DNA of 63,016 nt, counting the filler, from Phoronis australis (Eukaryota > Animalia > Phoronida): assembly GCA_002633005.1 (NCBI GenBank). It is 9 parts of 9 records of this genome, joined end to end, with 100 filler letters (N's around TTAATTAATTAA, not from the genome) between each part and the next. Parts side by side here need not be neighbours in the genome. Positions count along the whole stretch, not along the records: positions 11,861 to 24,198 come from NMRA01000796.1; 8 more parts are not named here. One strand, 5' to 3'. The notes under the pieces are model-generated. The model did not search any database, was not told where the DNA came from, and saw nothing but the letters and a program-made list of their open reading frames with translations. Made by a program: the position numbers and the translations under genes. Shown in pieces: positions 12,229 to 24,298 of the stretch (positions within the stretch are counted from its first letter, which is position 1; every line of letters starts with the position of its first letter).

Positions 12229-12579
12229 GCGCCAAACATGCTCGGCAAAGAAGTAGGCCTAAGACAAAAATCGGGGTTAAGGGGCCGTGTGCCACTCGTC
12301 AATCAAGAATGAAATTTCGAGCCACAGCATAAATATCTGATAAAACACTACAAAACAGCGATGTTTCAATTCATAAACGATCACCTTACCAAACTTCGTG
12401 GTGNGCGCCAAACATGCTCGGCAAAGAAGTAGGCCCAAGACAAGAATCGGGGTTAAGCGGCCGTGTGCCACTCGTCAATCAAGAATGAAATTTCGAGCCA
12501 CGGCATAAATATGTGATATAATGCTACAAAACAGCGATGTTTCAATTCATAAACGATCACCTTACCAAACTTCGTGGTG
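12229..12579. repeat. About 175-bp tandem duplication across the single N at 12404 (probable haplotype overlap)
   Basis: GCGCCAAACATGCTCGGCAAAGAAG...AAACTTCGTGGTG occurs on both sides of the N with a few substitutions. Confidence 0.8.
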
Positions 12580-13719
12580 GAAAAACATTTATTATTCATG
12601 CAAGATGTCCAGAATATCCTATTTATATCACTTGCAATATCGCACTGCGGCACTGTTCGGTCCAGTTGTTAGCGCGCAATGTCTCAGTCGGCTGACAATC
12701 GTGACTTGGAAATGCCGTCAAGTAATATAACAGCCTCTTTCAATATGCATCTTTCTTTCCTTTTTGTGTGAATGTTCAACAGTTCGCAAGGAATTAAAAA
12801 AATGACAAATATCCTACTACATTAAATCTATGTAAGAAATAATGCAGGTTATCCACTGTTATCACCATGTAATGACAAGATGTACTTTAATAATTATGTT
12901 AACGTTTGGTTGTACGTGGGAGTGTACTGGGCACAAGACAAGTCAACTTACACGCAATGTTGTAGACGTGGAATTCTACTTTATCAATATTTTTTGCTAA
13001 AAGAAACACCAAGAAATATACTTTGTGGTTTAATTAGACAGTTTATACTGCTGTAATCATGAAATACCGTAAAAGTACTTAAATCAGGTGTTGAATGGTG
13101 GTGAAGCTAACATTTCGACTGTTGTTTTTGGTGTTGAAATTGTGCATTTCTACCACTAACTGTTCTCAGTTCTCCATCAGAAGCTGATCATAAAGTAAAC
13201 TGTCTATTGTAAATAACTGAGTGTAAAGAATGTAAACAGACAGATGCCTTAATGGATTTACCAATCCTATAAAAACCCGTACATTTATCAACCGCATTTC
13301 TTCACCACTGTAAGGTAAAATACAATAAAGCTGAAAACAAGTAAATGCACAACTTCAGAATAAATTTTGGCTGCATCTGAATCACTTGCTGACTCTGCTG
13401 GGTCATCCAGCTAACACATTTGATTGGTTTGTGATGATGGCTTCCTGCTTACGGACCAATCAGATGTCTTAGTTGATTTGGCTGAACCAGAGAAGGCAGT
13501 GCAGTGCCATAGTTTTACTTAACCAGCCTGTAGCATTTAATCTTACTCTGCTTAACTGTTTGTTTGTTATGTTTACTGTCTGTAAACATGCACTACTTTT
13601 TGGATCACTCAGCTGTCATGGATCAGAGTTAATAGCTGGGAAATGGATTGTCACGCTATATTCTTGGAGTATCTTCCTTGGTTCATAATTACCATGACCT
13701 TTGGTGTGTGTCTCTCTAG

Positions 13720-13848
13720 GTTGCTAGCCGAGCCCTGAACTTGCCAATATCCAGCATCTACATTGCTGAGACTAGTACAGACAAAGTACCAAACTCAATG
13801 GCAACCGCAGGAAGTGTCAGCTCTGACCTCAATGGAATGGCTGTGTTG
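13720..13848 (+). CDS. XDH: Xanthine dehydrogenase/aldehyde oxidase family, Moco domain exon ([43 protein letters not shown])
   Basis: TAG/GT boundaries, 129 nt; matches recalled XDH VASRAL..I.ETST..VPN..TAAS..DLNG; missed by the ORF track. Confidence 0.9.
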
Positions 13849-14384
13849 GTTTGTATTGAACATACAACTGATTGACACTGTGATTACATAATAGTAATAT
13901 TGTATCCATGATTAGACCGCAGTCGCACTGCTAACGAACTTGAATAGACCCGAGAGATTTTGTGAACCAAATTGAAATACAGATTACTGACTGTTATTTT
14001 TTGGAATGTTATTTATTAACCTACAGCCTGTAAGGCACCGTTTACATGGAGTGCGTTGATGCGCCACTTCTATGTGAGTGTAAACAAAAGTTGACAAAAA
14101 ATGAGATGCCATTGCAGTGTCAGTTTTGTCACCAGCTTTTTAGGCACATAACTTCTTGTTTCGTGTCGTTTATACAAACACAAAAACTGGGTTTTGCAAT
14201 CATGTTACTTGCGCTTGCGCAATAATTTTTTGTGACAATTCTTTCTCAATATCTTCACTCGATTTCCTTTGTCTTTTGCTGTTTGTATTTAGTTCAACCT
14301 TTGCCAATTTACGCAGATCTTTTCTGCAGATGCAAAAACCTGCATCATATGCTGAGCATATATCACCCATTTTTTTGTTTGAAG

Positions 14385-14512
14385 AATGCCTGCCACATCA
14401 TCATGCAGCGGCTAAAACCATACATCGCAGCAAACTCTTCAGGGTCATGGAAAGATTGGGTGACGGCAGCATACTTTGATCGTGTCAGCCTGTCATCAAC
14501 TGGGTTTTACAG
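14385..14512 (+). CDS. XDH: XDH-family exon ([13 protein letters not shown]...[22 protein letters not shown])
   Basis: AAG/GT boundaries, phase 0 to 2; conserved W..WV.AAY.D.VSLS.TGFY. Confidence 0.9.
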
Positions 14513-14924
14513 GTACGACTAACTAGGAGACGAAATATTATTTTTAGAAAATTATTCGCGTACAGTTGATTTCCAAGAGATAATTCGTTAGTAACGAATA
14601 TGGCTCCTCTAATATTTCAGTTTATTCCTCATTCTCTTTAAGCTGATTTCTAAAAGGTTCCTCCAATATATCATTTTATTCCAGACCTCATTCGATAAGC
14701 TTGCGGATATTTCGAAGTCACTTTCTTTGATTATTACGTACTCATCGTCTGTATCTTGTACTTAGTCAAGTTAGAGATGATTTCTAAGCTTCAGAAGATC
14801 TATTAGTTGGTCATTGAGACCTGGCTCATCAAGTTAGCTTGAACATCTTATCCTTTGTATGTGCTGAGCAGTGGTCTCGGGCAACAGTATAGCTGAAATG
14901 TTTTAGAGGTGAGTGTTTTTTCAG

Positions 14925-15126
14925 AACTCCAAACATTGGCCATGACTTTGAGACTAACACAGGCTGCCCGTTTGCCTACTTCACTCAAGGAGTTGCGTGT
15001 TCAGAGGTAGAGATTGACTGCTTGACAGGTGACCATCATGTGATTAGAACAGATATTGTGATGGATGTTGGAAAGAGCCTCAATCCTGCTATTGACATTG
15101 GTCAAATTGAAGGTGGCTTCGTGCAG
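14925..15126 (+). CDS. XDH: XDH-family exon (...[16 protein letters not shown]...[21 protein letters not shown])
   Basis: CAG/GT boundaries, phase 2 to 0; signature [13 protein letters not shown]. Confidence 0.95.
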
Positions 15127-15973
15127 GTTGGTACAATTCTCCGGGCAATACCCTCTGATTGCTACCCCAATCTGTCAACTGCACTTAGACTAAATCTGTG
15201 TTTGTCTCTGTCCTGGTTTAAAAGCACTCATGCTGAAATGTACGTGCGTCCCTGTCTGTGGTTCGTGCGTCCCTGTTTTGTACGATATTCCAGGCAGTGT
15301 ATTACTAAGGTTATGTAACCTAAAAAGAAATGTCAAATTTTGACCAACATCGGAGTTCATGTCTCAAAAATGGGTTGTCGAATTCGCATGAAACCTTCAG
15401 GCACCACGAGTGGAATCTTATAGCTTATATTGTGATTTATTGTGACTTATCAGGCCTCCAGCCACAACCATATTTATTTTCATCAATATATAAAATCACT
15501 GAATTTATACATTCATTACTTCATCTGTGAGTGACATTTATGTATAAATTAAAAAATATATGCTATAGATTTTCTGCTTCAGGAAAATATTGACTGAGCT
15601 TTTGTAGATATTTGGCTACCGTCTTGTTGATAAGGTCCTACAATCCAGTATTGCTCAAGCATTATTACCGTTGGTTTGAACTTGGTAAATTTGCCAGTGA
15701 TGTAAAGCCATGATTACAACTTTTGTGAAGTAATTATCTCAAACAATGCTCGTTGGCCACATTAACTATGGGAACAGACTGCATAAAAAGATGTCGTAAT
15801 TATTTACATGGGTATGCTGCCCAAACAAAAGGGGTACTGCGTGTTGAGAATCAGTTTTCTCACAGAATAATTGGCATCAAGCTCGTTCTCAAAATGTTGG
15901 GCCACTGTGAGGTTTGCCAATTTGTCAATAGTTGTGGACAGTTGATCATGTGACTCTCTTATTTTTTTCACAG

Positions 15974-16141
15974 GGTTATGGTTTATTTACACTGGAGCAA
16001 CCCAAATATTCACCTACTGGATATCTTTACACAAGAGGTCCTGGCACCTACAAGATTCCCAGTGTCACTGATATTCCAATAGAATTCAACGTTCGGCTGT
16101 TAAAAGATTCTCCAAACCCCACAGCAGTATATTCTTCAAAG
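15974..16141 (+). CDS. XDH: XDH-family exon (GYGLFTLEQ...[10 protein letters not shown]...AVYSSK)
   Basis: CAG/GT boundaries, 168 nt in frame. Confidence 0.95.
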
Positions 16142-17776
16142 GTCGGTACAAGCAAAACAGCAATAATTCTGTAAGGTTACGTTCAGCAATAAATTAGATC
16201 ATGTGAAAATCTTCACACTTGTACCATCGATNTTAACAAAACCTTAATTGACTTGTTTCAACCATTAGTGAACTTATTCCATCAGGTGCTGCATCTCATT
16301 TACCAGCTCGCAACTGTGAATGCTCATTACTGGCAAGGAGTCTGACCATTACAAAAACACCCATTCTTAGTTTCAAATCCAGCGGCTTCTAAATCGAAGC
16401 TGTCCACATATCAATCAGCATTGCCGTGTTTTTTGTTCAGCATAATGACTAACTGGCCCATTATCTACCAGTGTTCATTAACGTCAATTACATGAGAACC
16501 AAAATTTAACGCATTTTTTTGGCTAACTGCTATCGTACTTCCCCGAATAAGTTATGATCCTAACACAACATTTTACACAAGAGGAGTCATCACTAGTGAT
16601 TACTCCAAACAGTAGGACCTTACATCAGACTCTCAATAAACAGGCTTCCAGTCGACACCAGGGAAACTGTTGATAAAGTACAACGCGCTATGAAATTAAC
16701 CGAGTTTAAAATGAAAGTTGGCGGCAAAGGAAAGATGGTTGATAGAGGAGCTACTAGATTAAACAAGTAAAAATGATTCATACTGAACAAGTTTCAACTA
16801 ATTGCTACAATGAACATCAAGATATCCAATAATTCCAAGTAGGTGATCAGTTGATATCCATCTGTGTTCCCTAACCCAAACAAAAGAAGCAGATCATCCA
16901 AGTCCAGAAGCTGTGATAACTGCATTGCCATTCAAATCCCAAACAGCAAGAAGCAATGTTGACACTTGGGAAATGAAACAACAATGAACAACAATTATAC
17001 TAATTGTATTAGTTATTTTTAGCAAACAAAATATGAGAACCCATAAGGCTTAATCGTCGTGAGAGACCATTCGGAGTTGGTATATGGTGCAACTCGGGAC
17101 GGTCTGGGGTTTACAGAAAACCACAGTTCAACTGTGAGTCTACACCAATGTGATAAACGAGAGTAGTTCTACTTGCTGCGTCAGCTGCTGGTATGCTTAT
17201 CTCTTTTATGACACACAATGTGTGACTGGGCAAAGCGTTTTCAAAATAATGTGGATAAATCAGTGGAGTGTGAAACCCCTGAGGTCCCTGTCAAGTCCTC
17301 TCGGCAATTTTACGTTATGCATCTGCTCAGTGACACAAGTATTTTCACCGTTAGTCTCAATTATTGTAGTGTACATTGGGCTAACATGGAGCAAAATGCT
17401 CGAGGTCAACTTGTTCTGGAGTACCTATACGAAGCTGTAGTTTTGTACACCATACATTGTACATGCACAAATTGGACAAATGGTGCAGACCTGCTGCTGT
17501 GATGCATGGCAGCAAAATCATTGTGCCATCAAAAAAGTAGCCTTCTCAGGTATCATAAGAAAAAAATGGGTAATTTCCTAAATTAGTGAACAAGTTGGGA
17601 ATACCAATTCCATGTATTCTGTTTGCTTTAGTGACGAGTCATTACTAGTTATTTTGCCTTCAGCAGAACTATCTGACATTTTGCTTTAACGCTTACTGAA
17701 GGGAAAAATGCTTTCGGCTAATATATGGAATCTTTTGAAAGATTGTTGTTGAGCACCAGTGTTTTGTTTACTGCAG

Positions 17777-17944
17777 GGAACTGGTGAACCACCATTATTC
17801 CTGGCCACCTCTGTCTTCTTCGCCATTAAAGAGGCCATACACTCCGCCCGGGCAGATGCTGGTGTTCAGGGCCTCTTTCAGATTGACAGTCCTGCCACAG
17901 CAGAGAAGATCAGAATGGCTTGTGAAGACCGCTTCACAAAAATG
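17777..17944 (+). CDS. XDH: XDH-family exon with the catalytic Glu motif GEPPL
   Basis: CTGCAG/GT boundaries, 168 nt; [10 protein letters not shown]...[13 protein letters not shown]. Confidence 0.95.
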
Positions 17945-18196
17945 GTTCGTATTTTGCTTAGAGTAATTATTTTTACTTTGTGTTAGGAAGTTCAGGTTGA
18001 AGGTTTTAATAAATATCTGGTCTGGGTTTATTGAATGGCATCTTTGTACATTGCAAGCATTAGTTTTACTTTAATTTAATGAGATATTGACTATGATGTT
18101 AAGCTTTTTAATAGATTTGACCCCTCACCTTTAGTTTAAGAAACCTACATTCTCCATCTAATTAGTAGACATCAGAGGTCAAAGTGTTAGTGAGTA

Positions 18197-18434
18197 GAGA
18201 CTGCTGTAGTTTGGCTTTCATACATCAGAGGGCACTGTACTAGCAAGTTGAGACTTGTAGTTTGGCTTTCGTACATCAGAGGGCACTGTACTAGCAAGTT
18301 GAGACTGTTGTAGTTTGGCTTTCATACATCAGAGGGCTCAGTACTAGGAAGTAGAGACTGTTGTAGTTTGGCTTTTATACATCAGAGGGCACAGTACTAG
18401 CAAGTAGAGACTGTACATTGGCTTTCATACATCT
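18197..18434. repeat. About 53-bp intronic minisatellite, about 4.5 copies
   Basis: Unit GAGACTGTTGTAGTTTGGCTTTCATACATCAGAGGGCACTGTACTAGCAAGT(T/A) in the last XDH intron. Confidence 0.92.
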
Positions 18435-18687
18435 GGTTAACAATTGCCATTCAGTGTAAGTATGAACAGTCTAATATGCACTTGCTGAATGTTATGCCCT
18501 TGTGAAAAATACAGAACCACTCCCACAATCACTTGGCTATATCCATCTTCCCTACCGTACAACACAATTGACGTAACCGGCTTCTTCCAATATGAAGGAT
18601 GAGACTGCCCGTTTTGTGCGTTATGTTGCAGCAATCCTGGTGGTATTCAAACTATGATATATCTGATTCTGTTTGTTTTGGTTTTAG

Positions 18688-18738
18688 TTTCCACCAGCCG
18701 ACAGAGGCACATACACCCCGTGGATAGTGGACTTGTGA
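18688..18738 (+). CDS. XDH: XDH-family terminal coding exon (FPPADRGTYTPWIVDL*)
   Basis: TTTTAG acceptor, in-frame TGA, family-typical C-terminal PW motif. Confidence 0.85.
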   Translation, partial: FPPADRGTYTPWIVDL

Positions 18739-18893
18739 ATGTGTAGTAAGACTCGCCATTAGGTCACTACACACATGGACAGTACTGCTGCGTTTTTAGC
18801 CGGTTGTTGAGAGAAGGTGGCTCGTTTTATTGGTTTTGTCGTACGTCTCCAACTTGTTCAGAAAACGAGAAAAGGCCTCTCCATAGAATCACC

Positions 18894-18899
18894 AATAAA
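18894..18899 (+). promoter_or_regulatory. Candidate polyadenylation signal of the XDH-family gene
   Basis: AATAAA about 155 nt after the stop codon. Confidence 0.45.
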
Positions 18900-19213
18900 A
18901 CAAATTTGCCAATAACCACCAAACTTTCAAAATATGGAGGTGATTCCAAGTTGTGGAACTCTTTTGATTTCTGATGAAATCAGCTACGAGGCTTTGATAT
19001 TAATTTTGTTTAGACCACTGAATTTTCACGAGGTTATTTCATTTTTGACATGGCTTTGGTCGGACTAAACAACTGTTTTTCTTTGTAACATCCCTACAAA
19101 CTACACAATTTTTGCATTGCACTATATAGTAGTGTGAGGGGACGCTCGTAACTTTACGCTTATTGTTATTCTTATTTAGGTGCGTGACGACATTTTTTTG
19201 TCAGGGGGGAGAA

Positions 19214-19503
19214 TGTGACGGGACGTCCGTAACTTTGCGCTTATTGTTATTCTCATTTAGTTACAAATGTTTAGTTATTCTTATGCTAATGTCTTTGTTG
19301 CGTCTCAGTGCGCCTTTGTTACGTGGGCATGTGGGCGCGACTGTATGTGTCGGGCACTTCGCTAACGACAGGCTTAGGAGAAGGGTGGTTTCCTTCCTTT
19401 GCCCGCATGAAATTGATAGTCATCATGTGTAACTGAACTGAACGTATGCCTGATGAGGAAAAATACACATTTTTGATGCTCAGTGGAGACTTGCTCTGTT
19501 ACA
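19214..19503 (+). repeat. Gypsy LTR (290 bp)
   Basis: TGTGAC...GTTACA ends; preceded by purine tract AGGGGGGAGAA; followed by PBS TGGCACCCAACGT (19506-19518), similar to the tRNA-Lys PBS TGGCGCCCAACGT. Confidence 0.8.
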
Positions 19504-19981
19504 TTTGGCACCCAACGTAAATCGAACATACCAGAACTTTTCGCTGACGACGTTTATAAAATTATGACCGTGCTACGGCCTTGCATGGAAAGTTGAACTG
19601 CTTGCTGACTTTACAAGATTTGTGTCACGGCTGTGGTAAGAATTTTCTCTGGGAAGGACAATGTCTTAATTTTCTACTATCATGGTCACAAGACGTTCGT
19701 GGTGGTGTCTGGAACAGATCATCGTGCTCACCAAGAACGGAACGTTCTGAACTATGTGTTTGACGACGCCCTATCCTGCAGGAAACTGAACTCAGTTGCA
19801 TTTTGTGTCACTGAAAATGTTTTTGTGTTACTGTTGCTTGACACAAGTTCACTTAATGTGCCTGGTATTGAGAGTTCTTTACTTTCTTAATCTAGTGTAT
19901 TTTCATGCTGTAGGTCAAGTTATCTCACATTAATGGGGTGATTCTAAGTTTGTTCATGTTTCGTATATTTCATCCTTTGTC

Positions 19982-20681
19982 ATGGATTCGCTGTGTGACA
20001 AATGTGTGATTGTTGGTGACGTACCAGAGTGTGAGGATGGCGAGTTGTTGAATTTTCTGCCCGCTGAAATTCGCAATGGCGAGTTAACTTATCCTTTTAC
20101 AGTCTTTGATTCTGACAAAATGGTTAACAAGTGTGTTAATTTTGTAGGCAAGAACCATTTCAAGGATTTCAAATTGAAAATTTCAAAAGCTACTTGTACT
20201 GATGAGTCATTTCTCCGTGAATGTGCCTGTAAATTTGATGAAAATATGTCATCGTTGATTTCATTGATAGGGGAGCTATCTCCTGTTCAAAAGAAAATTG
20301 TGTCATCTGTTGTTGGGTCCTGCGACCCTAGCAGTGTTGAGAGGAAACATGCGTCTTCAAGTGTGAACTCATGGGGTAATGTTTTTCATAATGACCTTGT
20401 TCGCTTACCCGCATTACCAGGTAAAGAGAGCTCGGGTATTTCCTTTCAACAGTGGTTAGGTGAAGTTCAATGTTTGCAGGTTACGTTGCAAAACGGTGGT
20501 TTTCTGAAACAAGCGATCAGACGCTCGTTGAGGGGCAGTGCCGCTGAATTGCTTGAATCTGATTTGTCTGTAAACGAATTGCTTAGTAAGTTAAAGTCTA
20601 GATACGGTGATGTGTTACCTGTTGGAAAAGTTGTTGAAAAATTCTACAGTTTTAGACAGGATAAAAATGAAAGCGTTACCC
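19982..20681 (+). pseudogene. Gypsy gag N-terminal part (PNMA/Ma-like capsid)
   Basis: SFQQWL...LKQAIRRSLRGSAAELL...KLKSRYG...FYSFRQDKNESV; interrupted by a DNA transposon at the major homology region. Confidence 0.85.
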
Positions 20682-22937
20682 CCCATACGAAAAAGTACAC
20701 TGGACTTTCAGTTGGGACAGGAATTGAAATTCAATTGAGGTTCAATTGAGATTCAATTGAAATTCAATTAAAGTTTTTGCCATGTAAATGAATTGATTCA
20801 ATTCATTAGCATATTCAATAGCCATTCAATAGCCGTTCAATAGCCGTTCAATAGCCATTCAATTCTCCATGCAGTACAGGATCATCCCATATTCAATAAC
20901 CATTCAATAGCCGTTCAATAGCCATTCAATGGCCATTCAATAGCCGTTCAATGGCCATTCAATTTTTCTAACTATACAGAATATTTTGAATTTCAAGTAT
21001 TTTCTATAATAAATTAACTCCTTCAAAAATAGGATGTGTTGTTGTTAACCTGTTCAAGAGATAGGAATAGTTCACAATCTTCATTCAACAACCTGGCATG
21101 CACGAATAAAGTCAAATCATAGACAACTGAACATTTCGAAACCTTAAATCGAAACTTGCACAAGTATTACAATTATCATACAGCATCAGTCAAAGAAAAA
21201 CAAAAACAGAGCCTTAGGCATTTGAATAGTAGCAGCCTTTGTAAACATTTTGAAGAATCTAATGCTGACTAATTGTAGATTGTTTTTTCAACATTTGTAT
21301 GCTGAGCCTCGTACATGAAATAATCGTGACGCTATGAACTTAGTTGAACACATCCATACGTTGAAGGGTAAAGTAGTATTTTATATCCAGTTAGCTATTG
21401 TAAATAAATGTAGGCGATAAGATAAAAAATAATAATTTAGGGCATACAAAGCTATAGCAGCAAAATATTAGTTGTCTTAAAAGCACGGTCCACATGTGAT
21501 ACCAAATCTTTAAATGTCGGCATTGTACAGCCTTTCATGGTCTCTGCAGAACTCTGGAGTCCGCACTTTTCAGAGTACTGAGACTTGCTATAATCCATTA
21601 ATTTGAGGTATCTGTCCACAACAGGAACTGATGACCGCGGCACAGTGTTGGTGGGTCAGTGGGCATTAGCTCCCAAGAGTTATAGTCTTTCACTTTATCA
21701 TGCATGTTTTCAAAGTCTTCTTCTGTACTAAAAAAATTGAAAAATATCCAGTTAGAGGGTATCAAATAAAGTATTAAGTAAATTTGAATTATGTATTGAG
21801 CTTGTCGCTCAGGAAATACATGAATGCTTTCTTAGTTAATTAGCCATAGTCTTTAGAAAATTTAATATGCTTTTGACTAAGAGCATTAATAACGGGGTTA
21901 TTTGCTACACTAATGGAAACTCATAGCTGAAGTTTGATTTTTAGTCCTATGTGCAGAACAGTTAATTAAACCATACTGCAGAGAGACTACGGGTAGATGA
22001 CTGTTGGCAATGGCAAACCTCTAATATCCAATACATCTCTTACTAATAGTGCCTATAGCTCAATTATTTAGTTTCAGTTCATGTAACAAAAATAAAAATA
22101 TACTTTTCTCTCATTGCTCTCATGTGAGAATTTTAACACAGAATCATAACAACGTGTTTCTAAGTCTCGAGCAATTAAAGTAAATAAAATATGTTAGGTC
22201 AAAACACGATTAACTGACACTTGTCTTGGCAACTACATGCACATGCAGGTTTTGGTCTGTAACCCAACTCATTTTGAAATCTGTGCTCTATACTACTTAA
22301 CTTCCATAACCTTAATCAATTAAATCAGTTAAAAAAACTTCCTTTTTGTTTGCAAGACTAAAGCTACTCATTCATAAGTGAAACATAAATGTCACTTAAC
22401 AATCAAATTGACAAAACTACAATGTTGAAATCAAAAACTCACCATTTAATGTATCCAGTTCTTCACTATCTATGCAGAGTTTATGGTGGACCAAAACCGT
22501 TTGAGAGGGTTTGAAAATTTTAAAGGTCACTTTCCAGGGATGTAACCTTGGCAACCAATTGGTAACACATGTTTAAAATAAACATTGCTGGTGACTTGTC
22601 AAAAAAAAAAACATCCAGAAATTCCCTAAGTGTTGAAATTCAATAGCCATTCAATTCCACGACATCCTGAAATTTTCTAAGTCCTCAAATTCAATAACTA
22701 TTCAATTCCCAACGACCAAAATTTTTCTAAGTCCTGGAATTCAATAGCCATTCAATACAGAACAGCTAAAAATTTTCTAAGTGCAGAAGTTCAATAGCCG
22801 TTCAATAGCCATTCAATTGACGGCAAGGGAAGTGCCAATTGACTTTTCATTCAATAGACATATTCAATAGAACTTCAATTTTCTATTGAAATTCAATTGA
22901 ATCTCAATTGAAACTCAACTTTTCCTTTTCGTATGGG
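20682..22937. mobile_element. About 2.26-kb non-autonomous CACTA/EnSpm-like DNA transposon inserted in gag
   Basis: TIRs CCCATACGAAAA / TTTTCGTATGGG; arrays of TTCAATAGCC(A/G) and TTCAATTGA subterminal repeats at both ends; gag resumes right after; TSD not clear. Confidence 0.8.
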
Positions 22938-23457
22938 ATGGTTTGGGCGCTTAGAGAAATTAGTAGTTCAAATGAAAATGTCTGAATCATGCCCTATTCC
23001 GAAAGAGGCGCTGCCATCTGTGCTAAAATCACATTTTGTGTCTGGTTTGCTGTCAAATGACGTCAGACTTTGTCTAAAGCATTTTGTGGAACACAATAGT
23101 AAAGAATCATTTGACGAGCTACTGATTTGCGCCCGTCGTTTAGACACTTGAGTTCAGCAGAAAATCGCAGTCACATCAATCTCTTGATAGTGGTGATAAA
23201 ACTGATAAAATGGTCACAATGATCGATGCTTTGGCTAAAAAATAGAGAAACTTGAAGGTAGTTTCACTCGAAATAGGTCCAATGTTTTCAACGGGAACTC
23301 AGGTTCCGCGGACAACCCTATGGTAACGTGAACCGGCAACGTTCAGAACTACAGGGTATTGGCCAGTGTACTGATGTGCGGGCTGATAACTCTTTACCCA
23401 GATTTGACGGAGTTTGTTTCCGGTGCCATTAATACGGTCATAGTGCTGCACGGTTGC
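22938..23457 (+). pseudogene. Gypsy gag C-terminal part with disrupted CCHC knuckle
   Basis: WFGRLEKLV...LKSHFVSGL...FDELLICARRLD*, then CFRCH*YGHSAA at about 23415-23450; contains stops and frameshifts. Confidence 0.75.
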
Positions 23458-23509
23458 TTTAAACTTCAATCGGTCGTCGACAGGGGGGGGGGCTTCTGAC
23501 CGATCGCAN

Positions 23510-24198
23510 CTCCGAGAGCTTGTGTCAGCATATTGGGTCTGTGCTGCCTATTCCAGATATTACCGGACCTTTGCGTGTTGAGTGCGCTAACGGAGAAGTT
23601 TTGCCTTACAAGGGTTACGTTAGTGTCACTGTTGGAGTACCCGATACCGATGAGTCAATTGATGTTTTGTTTTTGGTTGTTCCAAACACTTCTTATAATT
23701 TACGTGTTCCTGTTATAGTGGGTACTAATGCTTTGCGTGTTTTGATCGATCTCGTTGATAATGACGATCGCTTGGACTGGTTGCTGTTGTTGAAAAATGT
23801 TATGTTTAATCGTGAAACCTCTCTTCCAGGCATAGTTGAGACTGACAAACCTGTTACCATTCCTTCTGGGATGTCCCAATTAATCGATGCTTGTATTTGT
23901 GTTAACCCATGTATATGGTAGTTTACAGGTTGTCACCGAAGAGTATGGTTCACTGTCAGTCGCTTCCTAGTAATTTGCAGGTGTGTCCCACATTGCATAT
24001 GAGATTAACTCTGGGGATCATATGATTCCTGTTAGAGTCACGAATTTGGGTTGTAAGTCTGTTACTGTTCCGGCTGGTTTAAGCATCTGCAGCTTGGTAC
24101 CGGTGGATCAGACGGCAGCTGAAATTCCGTGTTCTGATTCAGCTGAGAATTCTGATGAATTCATAATAAACCCAGATTTAAGTATTGAGCAGCGCGCC
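23510..24198 (+). pseudogene. Gypsy pol N-terminus: retropepsin C-terminal half and linker
   Basis: LRVECANGEVLPYKGYV...FLVVP...PVIVGTN typical of Gypsy proteases; catalytic D(T/S)G not seen (join at N23509). Confidence 0.75.
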
Positions 24199-24298
24199 NN
24201 NNNNNNNNNNNNNNNNNNNNNNNNNNNNNNNNNNNNNNNNNNTTAATTAATTAANNNNNNNNNNNNNNNNNNNNNNNNNNNNNNNNNNNNNNNNNNNN
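24199..24298. other. Artificial contig-joining spacer
   Basis: N44-TTAATTAATTAA-N44. Confidence 0.97.

Larger units (their letters stand above)
19214..24198 (+). mobile_element. Decayed Ty3/Gypsy LTR retrotransposon (5' part; truncated by contig end)
   Basis: LTR, PBS, gag, degenerate zinc knuckle and protease-like remnant in the expected order. Confidence 0.88.

Noticed and set aside
19982-20749. Domesticated PNMA/Arc-like gag gene
   Set aside because: Flanked by LTR and PBS, interrupted by a transposon, and followed by stops and frameshifts; a decayed retroelement
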